From an uncultured Sulfurovum sp. (GTDB taxonomy: Bacteria > Campylobacterota > Campylobacteria > Campylobacterales > Sulfurovaceae), in assembly GCA_964527805.1 (NCBI GenBank), contig CAZGNT010000006.1, positions 1,540 through 65,539 of the forward strand: a stretch of DNA of 64,000 bases, in the 5' to 3' direction. Numbering within the stretch: position 1 is the first letter of the stretch; each line of letters begins with the position of its first letter. The notes beneath the pieces were generated by a model. The model saw only the letters and a list, made by a program, of their open reading frames with translations, had not been told where the DNA came from and made no database searches. Position numbers and translations under genes: made by a program. Positions 20,786 through 30,458 of the stretch are shown here, piece by piece.

Positions 20786-22348
20786 CTATTTTCGTCTTCG
20801 ATAGCTAAGAGCTTCTAGCAGATCGCTCTTTGAGATCTGCTCATTTCCTTCAAGATCGGCAATTGTACGGGCAACTTTTTTGATACTGGCTATGCTTCTA
20901 TGGGTGAGTCCGAATCTACTTATAGCGCTATCTAATACTTTGGCGGCTTCACTGTCAAGTATACAAAACTTCTCTATATCTTCTTCATTTAGCTTGCCAT
21001 TTAGCTTGGATTGATTGCGACTTTTTTGGGCCATAAAAGCTTTAATGACACTTGAATGCATTGATGAGGAAGTAATATCAGACTTATCTTCGCTGCTGAC
21101 TTCTTGCATAGTCACAAAAAGATCAATCCTGTCTAAAAAAGGATCGCTTAGCCTATTTTGATAGCGCTTGATCTCGGCTTCATTACATCTGCACATTTTG
21201 CTTTTTGACAGAAGGTTGCCGCATGGGCAAGGATTCATAGCTGCTACAAACATAATATCCGATTCATAGGCTATCTTGGCATTAACCCTGGCAATATGTA
21301 CCTTTCTATCTTGCAAAGGCTCTCTGAGCGCTTCAAGTACTTGCTTTGAAAAGTGTGGCAATTCATCAAAAAAAAGTATACCATTATGAGCAAGAGCAAC
21401 TTCGCCGATTTTTGCTTGAGTAGAACCTCCGCCGAATACAGATGCACTTGTGGCTGTATGATGAGGCGATCTTATAGGCCGCAATGCTCCAAAATTTGGC
21501 AACATCCCATCTAAAAATTGATGTTTGGCAATTGAGAGTATCTCTTTTTCATCAAGCGGAGGCAAAATACTTCTTAGGCGTTTTGCTATCATGCTTTTGC
21601 CGCATCCAGGGCTGCCTTCCATAAGGAAATTATGCATGCCTGCCGCTGCTATCAAAGAGGCTCTTTTTGCTATAGGCTGGCCTTTTACATCCGCAAAATC
21701 ACTTTCAAATCTATCATCAAAATAATACTCTTTGCCGTCTATGGCCAAAGGTTTTGCATCATAAGAAAAATGTTCTATTGCTCCTGGCAGAACTTCATTT
21801 TTAATCACGCTGATTGCTTCAGCCAAGGTATCTACAGGTATAAAATCTACTCCGGAAATATAACTAAGATATGTTATTGCCTCTCTAGGTACGATCGCTT
21901 TGCTGATCAGCCCCTGCTCTTTAAGCGATAGAACAAGCGGAAAAAGCATGGAACTGCTTTTGACCTTGCCGTCAAGCCCAAGTTCGCCGAAGACAAAAAG
22001 CCCCTCTTGGGTAAATGTTTGTTTGTTTAGCGCGATCAAAAGAGCAAGCGAGAGATCAAAGTGGGTGCCACTTTTTTTAAGATCGCTTGGACTTAGATTA
22101 ATAGTGATCTTGAGAGGCGGAAATACAAATTGGTTCGTAAGCAGAGCGGACTTGACTCTTTCTTTTGACTCTTGAATATCACTACTGGCCAATCCCACTA
22201 CAGCAAAACCAGGGAGTCCTTTGGTAAATGTAGCTTCTACCTCTATAACCTTGGCATTAACTCCTTCAAGGGTAGCGCAAGTAAGACGGTTTATAACAGT
22301 AGTGCCGGCCGGTTCTTTTATTGGAAGTGTTTCATTTTCTTTGCTCAT
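20786..22348 (-). CDS. comM: YifB/ComM-family Mg-chelatase-like AAA+ ATPase
   Basis: 520 aa; Lon-protease-like N-domain, Walker A 'GSPGCGKSM', 'ILFFDELPHF', 'NPCPCG' zinc-ribbon-like insert. Confidence 0.88.
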   Translation of the reverse strand: MSKENETLPIKEPAGTTVINRLTCATLEGVNAKVIEVEATFTKGLPGFAVVGLASSDIQESKERVKSALLTNQFVFPPLKITINLSPSDLKKSGTHFDLSLALLIALNKQTFTQEGLFVFGELGLDGKVKSSSMLFPLVLSLKEQGLISKAIVPREAITYLSYISGVDFIPVDTLAEAISVIKNEVLPGAIEHFSYDAKPLAIDGKEYYFDDRFESDFADVKGQPIAKRASLIAAAGMHNFLMEGSPGCGKSMIAKRLRSILPPLDEKEILSIAKHQFLDGMLPNFGALRPIRSPHHTATSASVFGGGSTQAKIGEVALAHNGILFFDELPHFSKQVLEALREPLQDRKVHIARVNAKIAYESDIMFVAAMNPCPCGNLLSKSKMCRCNEAEIKRYQNRLSDPFLDRIDLFVTMQEVSSEDKSDITSSSMHSSVIKAFMAQKSRNQSKLNGKLNEEDIEKFCILDSEAAKVLDSAISRFGLTHRSIASIKKVARTIADLEGNEQISKSDLLEALSYRRRK

Positions 22349-22410
22349 AATGCAAGTATGGCAAAAAACTTATTATTATGACAAAAAATATGTCAAAATG
22401 TCATATTATT

Positions 22411-22929
22411 TTATTTTGCGTTCTTTTTCCACTCTTTTTCAAACTTTTTGCGTTTGATAAATGAGAGTTTTTCCACAAAAACTTTGCCATCTAGATGGTC
22501 TACTTCATGCTGGATAGCGATTGCTAAAAAATCATCATCTTCTATTTCGTGCTTATTGCCGTATCTGTCTTGGTATGTTATCTTGACATATTCAAATCTG
22601 TTTACATCTTCATAAATACCCGGAACGCTCAAGCATCCCTCTTGAAACACGGTAGAGCCATGTTTTTCTTCAAAAACCGGATTGATGATCTCTAGAGTGT
22701 TTTCTTTGGGTTGGTCTCGGCCTAGCTCTTCATCTTTGATGGGAACATTTATAATAAGTACCCTTTTGGGCACTCCTATCTGAATAGCTGCAAGCCCTAC
22801 CCCGTTTTTGGCAACCATTGTATCATACATATCATCCAACAAATCATGAAGCAACTTGTCAAACTGAGTGATCTCCTCTGAAATAAGCTTGAGTCTTTTG
22901 TCTGGATAGATTACAATTTCTCTTATCAT
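22411..22929 (-). CDS. def: peptide deformylase
   Basis: Motifs 'GVGLAAIQIG', 'EGCLSVPG', 'QHEVDHLDG'. Confidence 0.93.
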   Translation of the reverse strand: MIREIVIYPDKRLKLISEEITQFDKLLHDLLDDMYDTMVAKNGVGLAAIQIGVPKRVLIINVPIKDEELGRDQPKENTLEIINPVFEEKHGSTVFQEGCLSVPGIYEDVNRFEYVKITYQDRYGNKHEIEDDDFLAIAIQHEVDHLDGKVFVEKLSFIKRKKFEKEWKKNAK

Positions 22930-22941
22930 TAAATAATCTTT

Positions 22942-23529
22942 TTATAGGCTTTTAGTCAATACCTTGTCTATAAGACCGTATTCCATAGCTTCTTCGGCCG
23001 ACATAAAATTGTCTCTTTCAGTGTCTTGCTCTACTTTTTTGATAGACTTGCCGGTTTGCTTAGCAAGAATTTCATTGAGAGTATCTTTGAGGCGCTGTAT
23101 CTCTTTGGCCTGTATTTGAATATCTGTTGATTGGCCTTGCGCGCCGCCTGACGGCTGATGTATCATGATACGGGCATGCGGCAATGCATATCGTTTGCCT
23201 TTTGTGCCTGCTGCTAGTAAAAATGCGCCCATGGAAGCTGCTTGACCTACGCAGATAGTAACGATATCGGGCTTGATGTAATTCATAGTATCAAACATAG
23301 AAAGTCCGCTAGTCACAACTCCACCGGGAGAATTGATATAAAAATAGATATCTTTGTCAGGGTCTTGGGCTTCCAAGAAAAGAAGCTGAGCTACTATCGA
23401 AGACGATACTTGATCATTTACTTCGCCGCTTAGCATGATAATTCTATCTTTTAGCAGTCTTGAGTAGATGTCATAACTTCTCTCGCCCCTGCCGGTCTGC
23501 TCTATTACGTACGGTATAACATAACTCAT
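22942..23529 (-). CDS. clpP: ATP-dependent Clp protease proteolytic subunit
   Basis: 195 aa; '[11 protein letters not shown]' (catalytic Ser), 'IMIHQPSGG' (His), 'RD.FM.A.EA..YGLID'. Confidence 0.95.
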   Translation of the reverse strand: MSYVIPYVIEQTGRGERSYDIYSRLLKDRIIMLSGEVNDQVSSSIVAQLLFLEAQDPDKDIYFYINSPGGVVTSGLSMFDTMNYIKPDIVTICVGQAASMGAFLLAAGTKGKRYALPHARIMIHQPSGGAQGQSTDIQIQAKEIQRLKDTLNEILAKQTGKSIKKVEQDTERDNFMSAEEAMEYGLIDKVLTKSL

Positions 23530-23554
23530 TTTTTGCCCTTATTTAATTATGTAA

Positions 23555-24847
23555 TTAATCTTCAAGACCCAAAAGTTTTGAGAATAGCTTGTCTTCTATG
23601 ATACCCATTTTGATAGCAGGAAGAAGATTATTTTTGCTGTAATATTCCATTACTTTTTGAGGATCTTGCCCTGACATTATAGCTTCATAATAGATAGCTT
23701 GAGAAACTTCTTGATCGTTTGCGCTGATCTTTTCTGCGCGCGCAAGAGCATCCACTATAAATGTAGCTTTTACGCTCATTTTGGCTTCATCTCTTACTTC
23801 ATCTCTTAGAGCATCAACTTTCTCAGGGTTGTTTTTGTAACCTTCAAGTTCTTCGGCGCTCATAGTGCCGGCTTTTTGGTTGATCTTTACGTCAACTTCT
23901 TGTTCTACTATATTACTTGGCAATGCAAAGTCGTATTTGGCTACCAAAGCATCTACTAATTGAGGTTTTAGCTCATTATTGTAAAGTTTAGAGATCTCTT
24001 CTCTTTGAAGCTGCTCTTTGATTCTCTCTTTGAGCATATCAACATTTGCGCCTTCGGCTCCATGAAGAAGTTTAGCTGCCAATTCATCATCAAGTACCGG
24101 CGTAGCTTTTACTTGAATTTCATGCAATGTAACTTCAAAATCAGCCTCTTTTCCAGCTAGATTTGCCGCACCGTATTCTGCAGGGAATGTTACTTTGATA
24201 GTTTTTGTCTCGCCCGGTTTCATGCCGATCATTTGATCTTCAAAACCAGGAATAAATTGTCCTGAGCCGATCTTAAGAGAGAAATTCTCTGCTTTGCCGC
24301 CTTCAAAAGGTACACCGTCAACACTGCCCACGAAATCGATAACTGCCATATCATCTTTTTTAAGCGCTCTTGCTCTTTTGATCTTTTCGTATGGAGCTTG
24401 AGCAGCCACTAGTCCGTCCAATCTTTCATTTATCAAATCTTCGCTGATTTCCGGTTTTTCAAACTTAGGAGCAACGCTCGCATAATCGCCAAGGTCGATA
24501 GTTGGTCTCAAAGATATCTCTACTTCAACATCTATGCCTTTATCGTTTTTCTCATATTTTTTGAAAAAAGGTTGGCCTATGATGTCATTTGGATTTAATT
24601 TTGCCTCTTTGCTGCCTTGGTCTAAAAGAGCTTTAACTGCTTCTGCTTCAGCATCATGAGCCAATTTATCTCCATGCAATTTTTTTACTACATGTGCCGG
24701 CACTTTACCCTTACGAAAACCGTCTACTTTCATGCTTTTGCCTGCTTGTGCTGCAAGAGTTTCAATATTTTTCTCTATATCTGCTTTTAAGATCATTGCG
24801 CTCATAGATACATTTGCGTCGTCTATTTTGTTTACTGTTACTTTCAC
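23555..24847 (-). CDS. tig: trigger factor
   Basis: 430 aa; N-terminal ribosome-binding 'GFRKGKVP', central FKBP-type PPIase 'DFVGSVDGVPFEGG'. GTG start with AAGGA RBS; sits in the conserved tig-clpP-def order. Confidence 0.92.
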   Translation of the reverse strand: MKVTVNKIDDANVSMSAMILKADIEKNIETLAAQAGKSMKVDGFRKGKVPAHVVKKLHGDKLAHDAEAEAVKALLDQGSKEAKLNPNDIIGQPFFKKYEKNDKGIDVEVEISLRPTIDLGDYASVAPKFEKPEISEDLINERLDGLVAAQAPYEKIKRARALKKDDMAVIDFVGSVDGVPFEGGKAENFSLKIGSGQFIPGFEDQMIGMKPGETKTIKVTFPAEYGAANLAGKEADFEVTLHEIQVKATPVLDDELAAKLLHGAEGANVDMLKERIKEQLQREEISKLYNNELKPQLVDALVAKYDFALPSNIVEQEVDVKINQKAGTMSAEELEGYKNNPEKVDALRDEVRDEAKMSVKATFIVDALARAEKISANDQEVSQAIYYEAIMSGQDPQKVMEYYSKNNLLPAIKMGIIEDKLFSKLLGLED

Positions 24848-25042
24848 TTTTTTCCTTTTGGGGTTTGGGGTATTTAATTATAGTAATTGCGTGATTTTAG
24901 CCAAAAGATGGTTAAAAAATAATTGTTATATATTTTATTGTGTTTTTATCATGGGGAGTTTCTTGCTATGTTATGCTAATATTACCAAAGAATAAATGAT
25001 ATGAATCATACAAATATATATCTTACAAGCCAAGGCATGCTA

Positions 25043-25978
25043 ATGAAAAAAGCTATATTGCTTCTCAATATGGGAGGTCCAAACAACCTAGATGAAGTCA
25101 AGGTATTTTTGGAAAATATGTTTAACGACCATCGCATCATTTATGCCCCCAAGCCAATCAGATGGCTTATATCAAAACTTATCATTTGGAAGCGGCTTGA
25201 TGAAGCAAAAGGTAACTATACAAAACTAGGAGGTAAATCTCCGCTTATAAAATACACCAATGAGCTTGTAGAGGCTTTGTCAAAAAAGGTAGATGCTGAT
25301 GTATATGCTGTTATGCGATATACACCTCCATTTGCTTTAGATGTGCTTCAAAAGTTACAAAATACTGATGAAATTTATGCTATACCGCTCTATCCTCAGC
25401 ATTCGAGCACTACTACGCTTTCTAGTCTCGATGACCTCTACAGAGCATCGAACAAACTAGGTATAACCGATAAAATAAAGACCATATCTAGCTACCATAG
25501 CCATCCCTTTTATATAAAATCAATAGTAGAGAGGATAAAAGAGGCTCTTAATGATGATAATGCAAAAGAGTTTGAACTATTGTTTTCTGCTCACGGATTG
25601 CCTCAAAAAATAGTCAACAAAGGGGATTTATATCAGCAGCACATCAGATACACACTATTTTATGTCAGAAAAATGCTGCTCAGCATCGGCATGAACTTTG
25701 CCGCGTCACACCTAGCTTACCAATCACGCCTAGGTCCAGTCGAATGGTTGCGGCCATACATGGACGAGAAACTACGGGAATTTGGCGGTAAAAAAGTCAT
25801 AGTATTTCCGATAGCTTTTACACTTGATAACTCTGAGACGGAATTTGAACTAGATATTGAATATAGACATCTAGCTAACGAGATAGGCATAGCTGATTAT
25901 CGTGTAGCCAAAGCACCAAACAGCCATCCGGATTTTGTAGCATGTTTGGCAGATTTATATAAAGAGATGCAAGAGTAA
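25043..25978 (+). CDS. hemH: ferrochelatase
   Basis: 'AILLLNMGGP', 'IPLYPQHSSTT', 'FSAHGLP' motifs. Start chosen at MKKAILL (25043); the track start at 25001 adds 14 non-conserved residues. Confidence 0.88.
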   Translation: MKKAILLLNMGGPNNLDEVKVFLENMFNDHRIIYAPKPIRWLISKLIIWKRLDEAKGNYTKLGGKSPLIKYTNELVEALSKKVDADVYAVMRYTPPFALDVLQKLQNTDEIYAIPLYPQHSSTTTLSSLDDLYRASNKLGITDKIKTISSYHSHPFYIKSIVERIKEALNDDNAKEFELLFSAHGLPQKIVNKGDLYQQHIRYTLFYVRKMLLSIGMNFAASHLAYQSRLGPVEWLRPYMDEKLREFGGKKVIVFPIAFTLDNSETEFELDIEYRHLANEIGIADYRVAKAPNSHPDFVACLADLYKEMQE

Positions 25979-26182
25979 AAATACTTATAACTTTGAAAAT
26001 TAGATAATTTATTTCTGAATATATTAACGGTTTATTTTATGATAATAATAAACAAATCAAATGTTTTGAGTATTTTTTAAAACATAATTATTATTTTCTT
26101 ATCATTTTTGTAATATATTTCAATAATTAATAACAAAGCAAATGAATAATAAATGATTTTTAAGCAAATATCGCCTAATATA

Positions 26183-26206
26183 CGTTATCTACAAAAAAAT
26201 ATAACG
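26183..26206. promoter_or_regulatory. Mo-box-like 24-bp palindrome 1 (putative ModE-type operator) upstream of modA
   Basis: CGTTATCTA-CAAAAA-AATATAACG. Fits CGnTATATA-N6-TATATAnCG with 2 mismatches; lies 76 nt upstream of the modA ATG; same geometry as the sites at 38063 and 47295. Confidence 0.55.
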
Positions 26207-26218
26207 ATATGATTTTGG

Positions 26219-26234
26219 TGGAACGATTTTTGCA
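26219..26234 (+). promoter_or_regulatory. sigma54 (RpoN)-type -24/-12 promoter-like element upstream of modA
   Basis: TGGAACGATTTTTGCA versus consensus TGGCACG-N4-TTGCW. GG and GC are separated by exactly 10 nt, with one mismatch in the specified positions. It lies 48 nt upstream of the modA ATG. Confidence 0.35.
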
Positions 26235-26281
26235 TTATGATTATGCGTTATACAAATATATATATAAAGGAAGAAAATCTT

Positions 26282-27040
26282 ATGGGGACAATTTCAAAAC
26301 TATTATTTGCCTTTGTGGTACTGATTACAACATCATGGGCGCAAACAATCACTGTAGCTGTTGCTGCTAATATGAAATATGCAGCTAATGACATTGTCAA
26401 AGCTTTCACAAAAGAAAGCGGCATAGGCGTCAAAATCATCACGGGAGCTTCGGGCAAACTGACACAGCAAATTATGAGCGGGGCTCCGTTCGATGCGTTT
26501 CTTTCTGCAGACGTAGAATATCCCGCTAAACTCGCAAAAGCCGGGTACGCTACAACTCCTGCGCAAGTCTACGCTTACGGCACGCTGATTCTTTGGAGCA
26601 ATACGGGAGTCGATTTGTCCAAAGGTGTTGCGATAGTAGCTGATCCCTCTGTCAAAAAAATAGCAGTTGCCAATCCTAAAACCGCACCTTACGGTATAGA
26701 GGCCATGAATGCCATAAAGTACTTCAAGGCAACCGCAAAAGCGCAGCCAAAACTAGTAATCGCAGAATCTATATCCCAAGTCGGCGCATATGTAACCACA
26801 AAAGCTGTTGACGTAGGTTTCATAGCAAAATCAATCGTTTTGACCCCTGAGATGAAAAATGTAGGCAAATGGATAGAAGTGGGTCCGAATACATACAATA
26901 CCATAGACCAAGCGATGGTAGGACTCAAAAACGGCACGCCGGAAAATCAAATCGCTGCTAAGAAATTTTTACGCTTTATGTCATCGCCAAAAGCAGTTGC
27001 AATTTTAAAAGCTAACGGATATGGCTTGCCAAAACAATAA
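26282..27040 (+). CDS. modA: molybdate ABC transporter substrate-binding protein
   Basis: Signal peptide, then 'ITVAVAANMKYA...ITGASGKLTQQIMSGAPFDAFLSAD...PKTAPYG'. AAGGAAG RBS before ATG 26282. Confidence 0.88.
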   Translation: MGTISKLLFAFVVLITTSWAQTITVAVAANMKYAANDIVKAFTKESGIGVKIITGASGKLTQQIMSGAPFDAFLSADVEYPAKLAKAGYATTPAQVYAYGTLILWSNTGVDLSKGVAIVADPSVKKIAVANPKTAPYGIEAMNAIKYFKATAKAQPKLVIAESISQVGAYVTTKAVDVGFIAKSIVLTPEMKNVGKWIEVGPNTYNTIDQAMVGLKNGTPENQIAAKKFLRFMSSPKAVAILKANGYGLPKQ

Positions 27041-27123
27041 AATTTGTCAAATTGGGCAACATTGTGTGCACATAAGCGCATAGATGAGATTATTCTCACA
27101 ATATAATATAAACAAGGATAAAT

Positions 27124-28506
27124 ATGACAAAGCTCAGTATCGCAACAACACTTCTTTTGGGAGCTACTGTGTTTGTACAAGCTGCGGATGATTTGGCAAG
27201 TGCGCTTAGCGAAGGCAAATGGGAAAAACGCATAAGAATGCAGTACTTTTATACAGATTGGGATGACAATAGTATAACAGGCAAAAACGGAGATGACGCC
27301 AAAGGCTTTGCTGCGGGAGGAAGCCTGATCTATAAAACTGCACCGCTATATGGTTTTAGTGCCGCGCTTGGAGCATATACCACACTCAATCCGGGACATT
27401 GGACCGATGCCGAAGACGGCGCTACTGCTACAACTAGCTTGGACCTATTCAAAAGAGCAGGAAGCCAAAAGTTCTATGGCCAAGGGTATGGAGTGCTGGC
27501 GCAATCATATCTAGAATATGATATTGCAAGAACCAAGATCAAAGGCGGCAGATTTCTCATGAAAAATCCATGGATAGACCCAAATGATACCAAAATGATA
27601 CCTATAGCCGTAGAGGGCACGCAAATAATATCGAATGATATACCAAATACTACTATTCAAATGGATTATGCCAATAGATTTAAAGAGAGAGGCGAAACAT
27701 ATTTTGGCAACATGGCAGACGGCCTAGATGTTCCAAATGCTATCAGGCTCAAATACAACACGCATTATAACACGGGAGATGAAGCTAACGGTCAAGCGCC
27801 TGATGTATTGATAGCAGGAGTTATAAATAGATCTATTGATGGATTCGAACTCAAGGTATGGGGAATGCACTGGGACGATCTAGTAGAGCAGGTGATGGTG
27901 GAAGCAAATTATGCAGTTGAAGCAGGAGATTTTATATTTGGGCTTGGAGGACGATACATTCAACAATTTGACCAAGGTGCAGGAGAACTTATCAAGCCTA
28001 TGGTCAACAATGGAGACAATGACAACAGCATAGATACATCTCTTTGGGCTTTGCGAGCAACTGCCCATTACGGTGTGGCCAAAGTATTGGTCTCCGCATC
28101 CCAAACAAGCGAAGATGGTGATATGATATCTCCTTGGCGCGGATTTTCTACAGGCGGATATACTAGAAGCAAAACCGTCACGGATTGGAATGCCAACACT
28201 AAGTCATTCAAAATATTGGGAGAATATGATTTTGATGAATATATTTCAGGTCTCAGTACTATAATAAGCTATTCACACTATGATAGGGATCCTAGCAAAA
28301 AACCATACTCTAGCGCTACCAATCGCGGATTTGCCAACGGCGACACAAATCAATGGAATCTAGATATAGTCCAAAAACTTTCGGGCAACTTTAATGGCAT
28401 AGAATTAAAAGCTAGATTTATGGACCAAGACAACAAACCAACTGTGCTATATCCATTACAAACTTCAAACCGTGAAATGCGTTTAGAAGCAAATTATAGA
28501 TTTTAA
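27124..28506 (+). CDS. OprD-family outer-membrane porin embedded in the mod operon
   Basis: 460 aa; signal peptide 'ATVFVQA/AD'; 'GKWEKRIRMQYFYTDW' N-terminal strand typical of Campylobacterota OprD-like porins; alternating beta-strand pattern; C-terminal 'EANYRF' (terminal Phe). Confidence 0.7.
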   Translation: MTKLSIATTLLLGATVFVQAADDLASALSEGKWEKRIRMQYFYTDWDDNSITGKNGDDAKGFAAGGSLIYKTAPLYGFSAALGAYTTLNPGHWTDAEDGATATTSLDLFKRAGSQKFYGQGYGVLAQSYLEYDIARTKIKGGRFLMKNPWIDPNDTKMIPIAVEGTQIISNDIPNTTIQMDYANRFKERGETYFGNMADGLDVPNAIRLKYNTHYNTGDEANGQAPDVLIAGVINRSIDGFELKVWGMHWDDLVEQVMVEANYAVEAGDFIFGLGGRYIQQFDQGAGELIKPMVNNGDNDNSIDTSLWALRATAHYGVAKVLVSASQTSEDGDMISPWRGFSTGGYTRSKTVTDWNANTKSFKILGEYDFDEYISGLSTIISYSHYDRDPSKKPYSSATNRGFANGDTNQWNLDIVQKLSGNFNGIELKARFMDQDNKPTVLYPLQTSNREMRLEANYRF

Positions 28507-28515
28507 AAAGGATAT

Positions 28516-28914
28516 ATGTTGAATAGACTCAAAGGAAAAATAGTCTCTATCCAATCATCACAGCACCTCTCGTTTCTTGAGATCGGCATAGAAGATGACA
28601 TACTGCATCTTCTTTTGCTTGAAAAACCTATCGAGAGTGTCGGCTCGGACGTGATCTTGGTATTTAAAGAAAGCGAAGTGATGCTCTCAAAAAAACCCCT
28701 GTTCTCAACTGCCAATACCTGCAAGGCCCGTATATACAAAATAGAATACGGAGAGATACTAACTTGCGTAACACTGCTTTATAAAGACAAACAGATTACG
28801 GCCCTTGCACCAACTGCTTCTTTTGAGTCGCTTAATTGCAAATTGAACGAAGAGGTTTATTGGATCATAAATCCAAGTGAAATTTCGCTTCAAAGGGAAC
28901 ATCATGGAAAATGA
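28516..28914 (+). CDS. stand-alone TOBE/Mop-type molybdate-binding protein (no HTH)
   Basis: 132 aa; 'NRLKGKIVSIQSS..LSFLEI' and second half 'NTCKARIYKIEYGEILTCVTL', suggesting two TOBE-like halves. Occupies the same position as the TOBE gene between modA and modB in Campylobacter mod operons. Confidence 0.7.
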   Translation: MLNRLKGKIVSIQSSQHLSFLEIGIEDDILHLLLLEKPIESVGSDVILVFKESEVMLSKKPLFSTANTCKARIYKIEYGEILTCVTLLYKDKQITALAPTASFESLNCKLNEEVYWIINPSEISLQREHHGK

Positions 28915-29578
28915 ATTCATAGAAACCATGGTGCTCACGTTTGAGCTGGCTTCAATTACAACGCTAATTCTTTTGTTTATCAGTATACCTTTGGCTGCTT
29001 TTTTAGTATTTACAAAAACGCGATTTAAAAGCATAGTTGAAACTATCGTGAGCATGCCTCTCGTTCTACCACCATCAGTGCTAGGATTTTATCTCCTTTT
29101 AGCATTTAGTCCTGCATCATTTATAGGTGAATTTTTGACAAATCACGGCATAAGATTGGCTTTTAGTTTCGAAGGGTTAGTGATCGGTTCAGTACTTTTT
29201 AGCCTGCCGTTTATGGTGCATCCTATCCAGTCGGCACTTTCTCAAGTCCCGCACTCTATTTTTGAGGCGGCATACACTCTGGGCAAATCAAAACTTACCA
29301 CGCTTGTACGCGTCATACTGCCGCTTATCCGTCATGGACTTATATCTGGGATCGTGTTGGCATTTGCGCATACTGTAGGCGAATTTGGAGTAATCTTGAT
29401 GATTGGTGGCAATATCCCTGATGAAACACGTGTCGCATCTATTGCTATTTATGACGAGGTAGAATCTCTCAACTATGCGATGGCACATCAATATGCCCTA
29501 ACATTGTTTATAGTTACTTTTTCTATACTGCTACTCGTATATACGCTCAATAAAAAATCACTTGAGGGGCTTAAATGA
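28904..29578 (+). CDS. modB: molybdate ABC transporter permease
   Basis: 5-6 TM helices; EAA loop 'FEAAYTLGKSKLTTLVRVILPL'. Start set to ATG 28904 (MENEFIET), overlapping the TOBE stop. Confidence 0.88.
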   Translation: MENEFIETMVLTFELASITTLILLFISIPLAAFLVFTKTRFKSIVETIVSMPLVLPPSVLGFYLLLAFSPASFIGEFLTNHGIRLAFSFEGLVIGSVLFSLPFMVHPIQSALSQVPHSIFEAAYTLGKSKLTTLVRVILPLIRHGLISGIVLAFAHTVGEFGVILMIGGNIPDETRVASIAIYDEVESLNYAMAHQYALTLFIVTFSILLLVYTLNKKSLEGLK

Positions 29579-30456
29579 TAATCGTAAATGCAACCAAACA
29601 ACTCAATACAGCCGATGGGATTTTGCAAGCACACTTTGAGCTCACGATAAATGACGGCGAGTTTCTCACTCTCTTTGGTCTTTCAGGAGCAGGGAAGACG
29701 ACACTTATGCGTATGATCGCAGGATTAGAGATCCCCGATAACGGTCGTATCGAAGTAGATGGAGAGGTGTGGTTTGATAGTGAACTTAAGATCAATCTTC
29801 CTCCGCAAAAACGGAGTGTCGGATTTGTTTTTCAAGATTATGCCCTATTCCCAACGATGAATGTCAGACAAAATCTCCTTTTTGCTGCCGAGAACAACTC
29901 TCAGCGCAAATATGTAGATACGCTGCTAGGAATGATCGAACTCACATCACTTTCTGAGCGTCTACCCGCTACTCTATCAGGAGGACAAAAGCAGCGAGTT
30001 GCCTTGGCAAGAGCTTTGGTACGTCATCCAAAGATCCTGCTTCTTGATGAGCCGCTCTCTGCACTTGATCCTGCTATGCGCCAAAAACTCCAAGATGAGC
30101 TCATGATGATCCATGATCGTTTGGGAGTAACAACGCTTCTAGTAAGCCATGATATAGCAGAAACGGTAAAGCTCTCTGATCGTCTGGCTGCTATCGAAAA
30201 AGGGCGCGTGGGGCGCGTATGCACTCCGATGGAATTTTTCACGACTCACACTCTTAGCGGTAAACTTCAGCTTATAGGAGAAGTACTTAAAATAGAAAGG
30301 GAATCGCCGATCATCATTGTGACTCTACTGGTTGGATCATCTATTGTACGGACTGTTGTCAGTCAAGACGAGGGAGAAAAGCTCCGACTTGGAGAGCACG
30401 CCCTGATATCTGTCAAAGCGTTTAACCCTATCGTGCTTCCTTTAAACGAGAAATAG
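29575..30456 (+). CDS. modC: molybdate ABC transporter ATP-binding protein with C-terminal TOBE domain
   Basis: Walker A 'GLSGAGKTT', signature 'LSGGQKQRVALARAL', Walker B 'LLLDEPLSALD'; C-terminal 'LSGKLQLIGEVLKI...' TOBE-like. ATGA overlap with modB. Confidence 0.88.
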   Translation: MIIVNATKQLNTADGILQAHFELTINDGEFLTLFGLSGAGKTTLMRMIAGLEIPDNGRIEVDGEVWFDSELKINLPPQKRSVGFVFQDYALFPTMNVRQNLLFAAENNSQRKYVDTLLGMIELTSLSERLPATLSGGQKQRVALARALVRHPKILLLDEPLSALDPAMRQKLQDELMMIHDRLGVTTLLVSHDIAETVKLSDRLAAIEKGRVGRVCTPMEFFTTHTLSGKLQLIGEVLKIERESPIIIVTLLVGSSIVRTVVSQDEGEKLRLGEHALISVKAFNPIVLPLNEK

Positions 30457-30458
30457 CC

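Noticed and set aside
25979-26182. A possible Moco riboswitch or other structured leader in the 300-bp AT-rich region upstream of modA.
   Set aside because: I could not find the GC-rich conserved helices expected of a Moco RNA motif. The region is almost pure A/T with no convincing nested stems. A covariance-model scan (Rfam Moco_RNA_motif) would be decisive.
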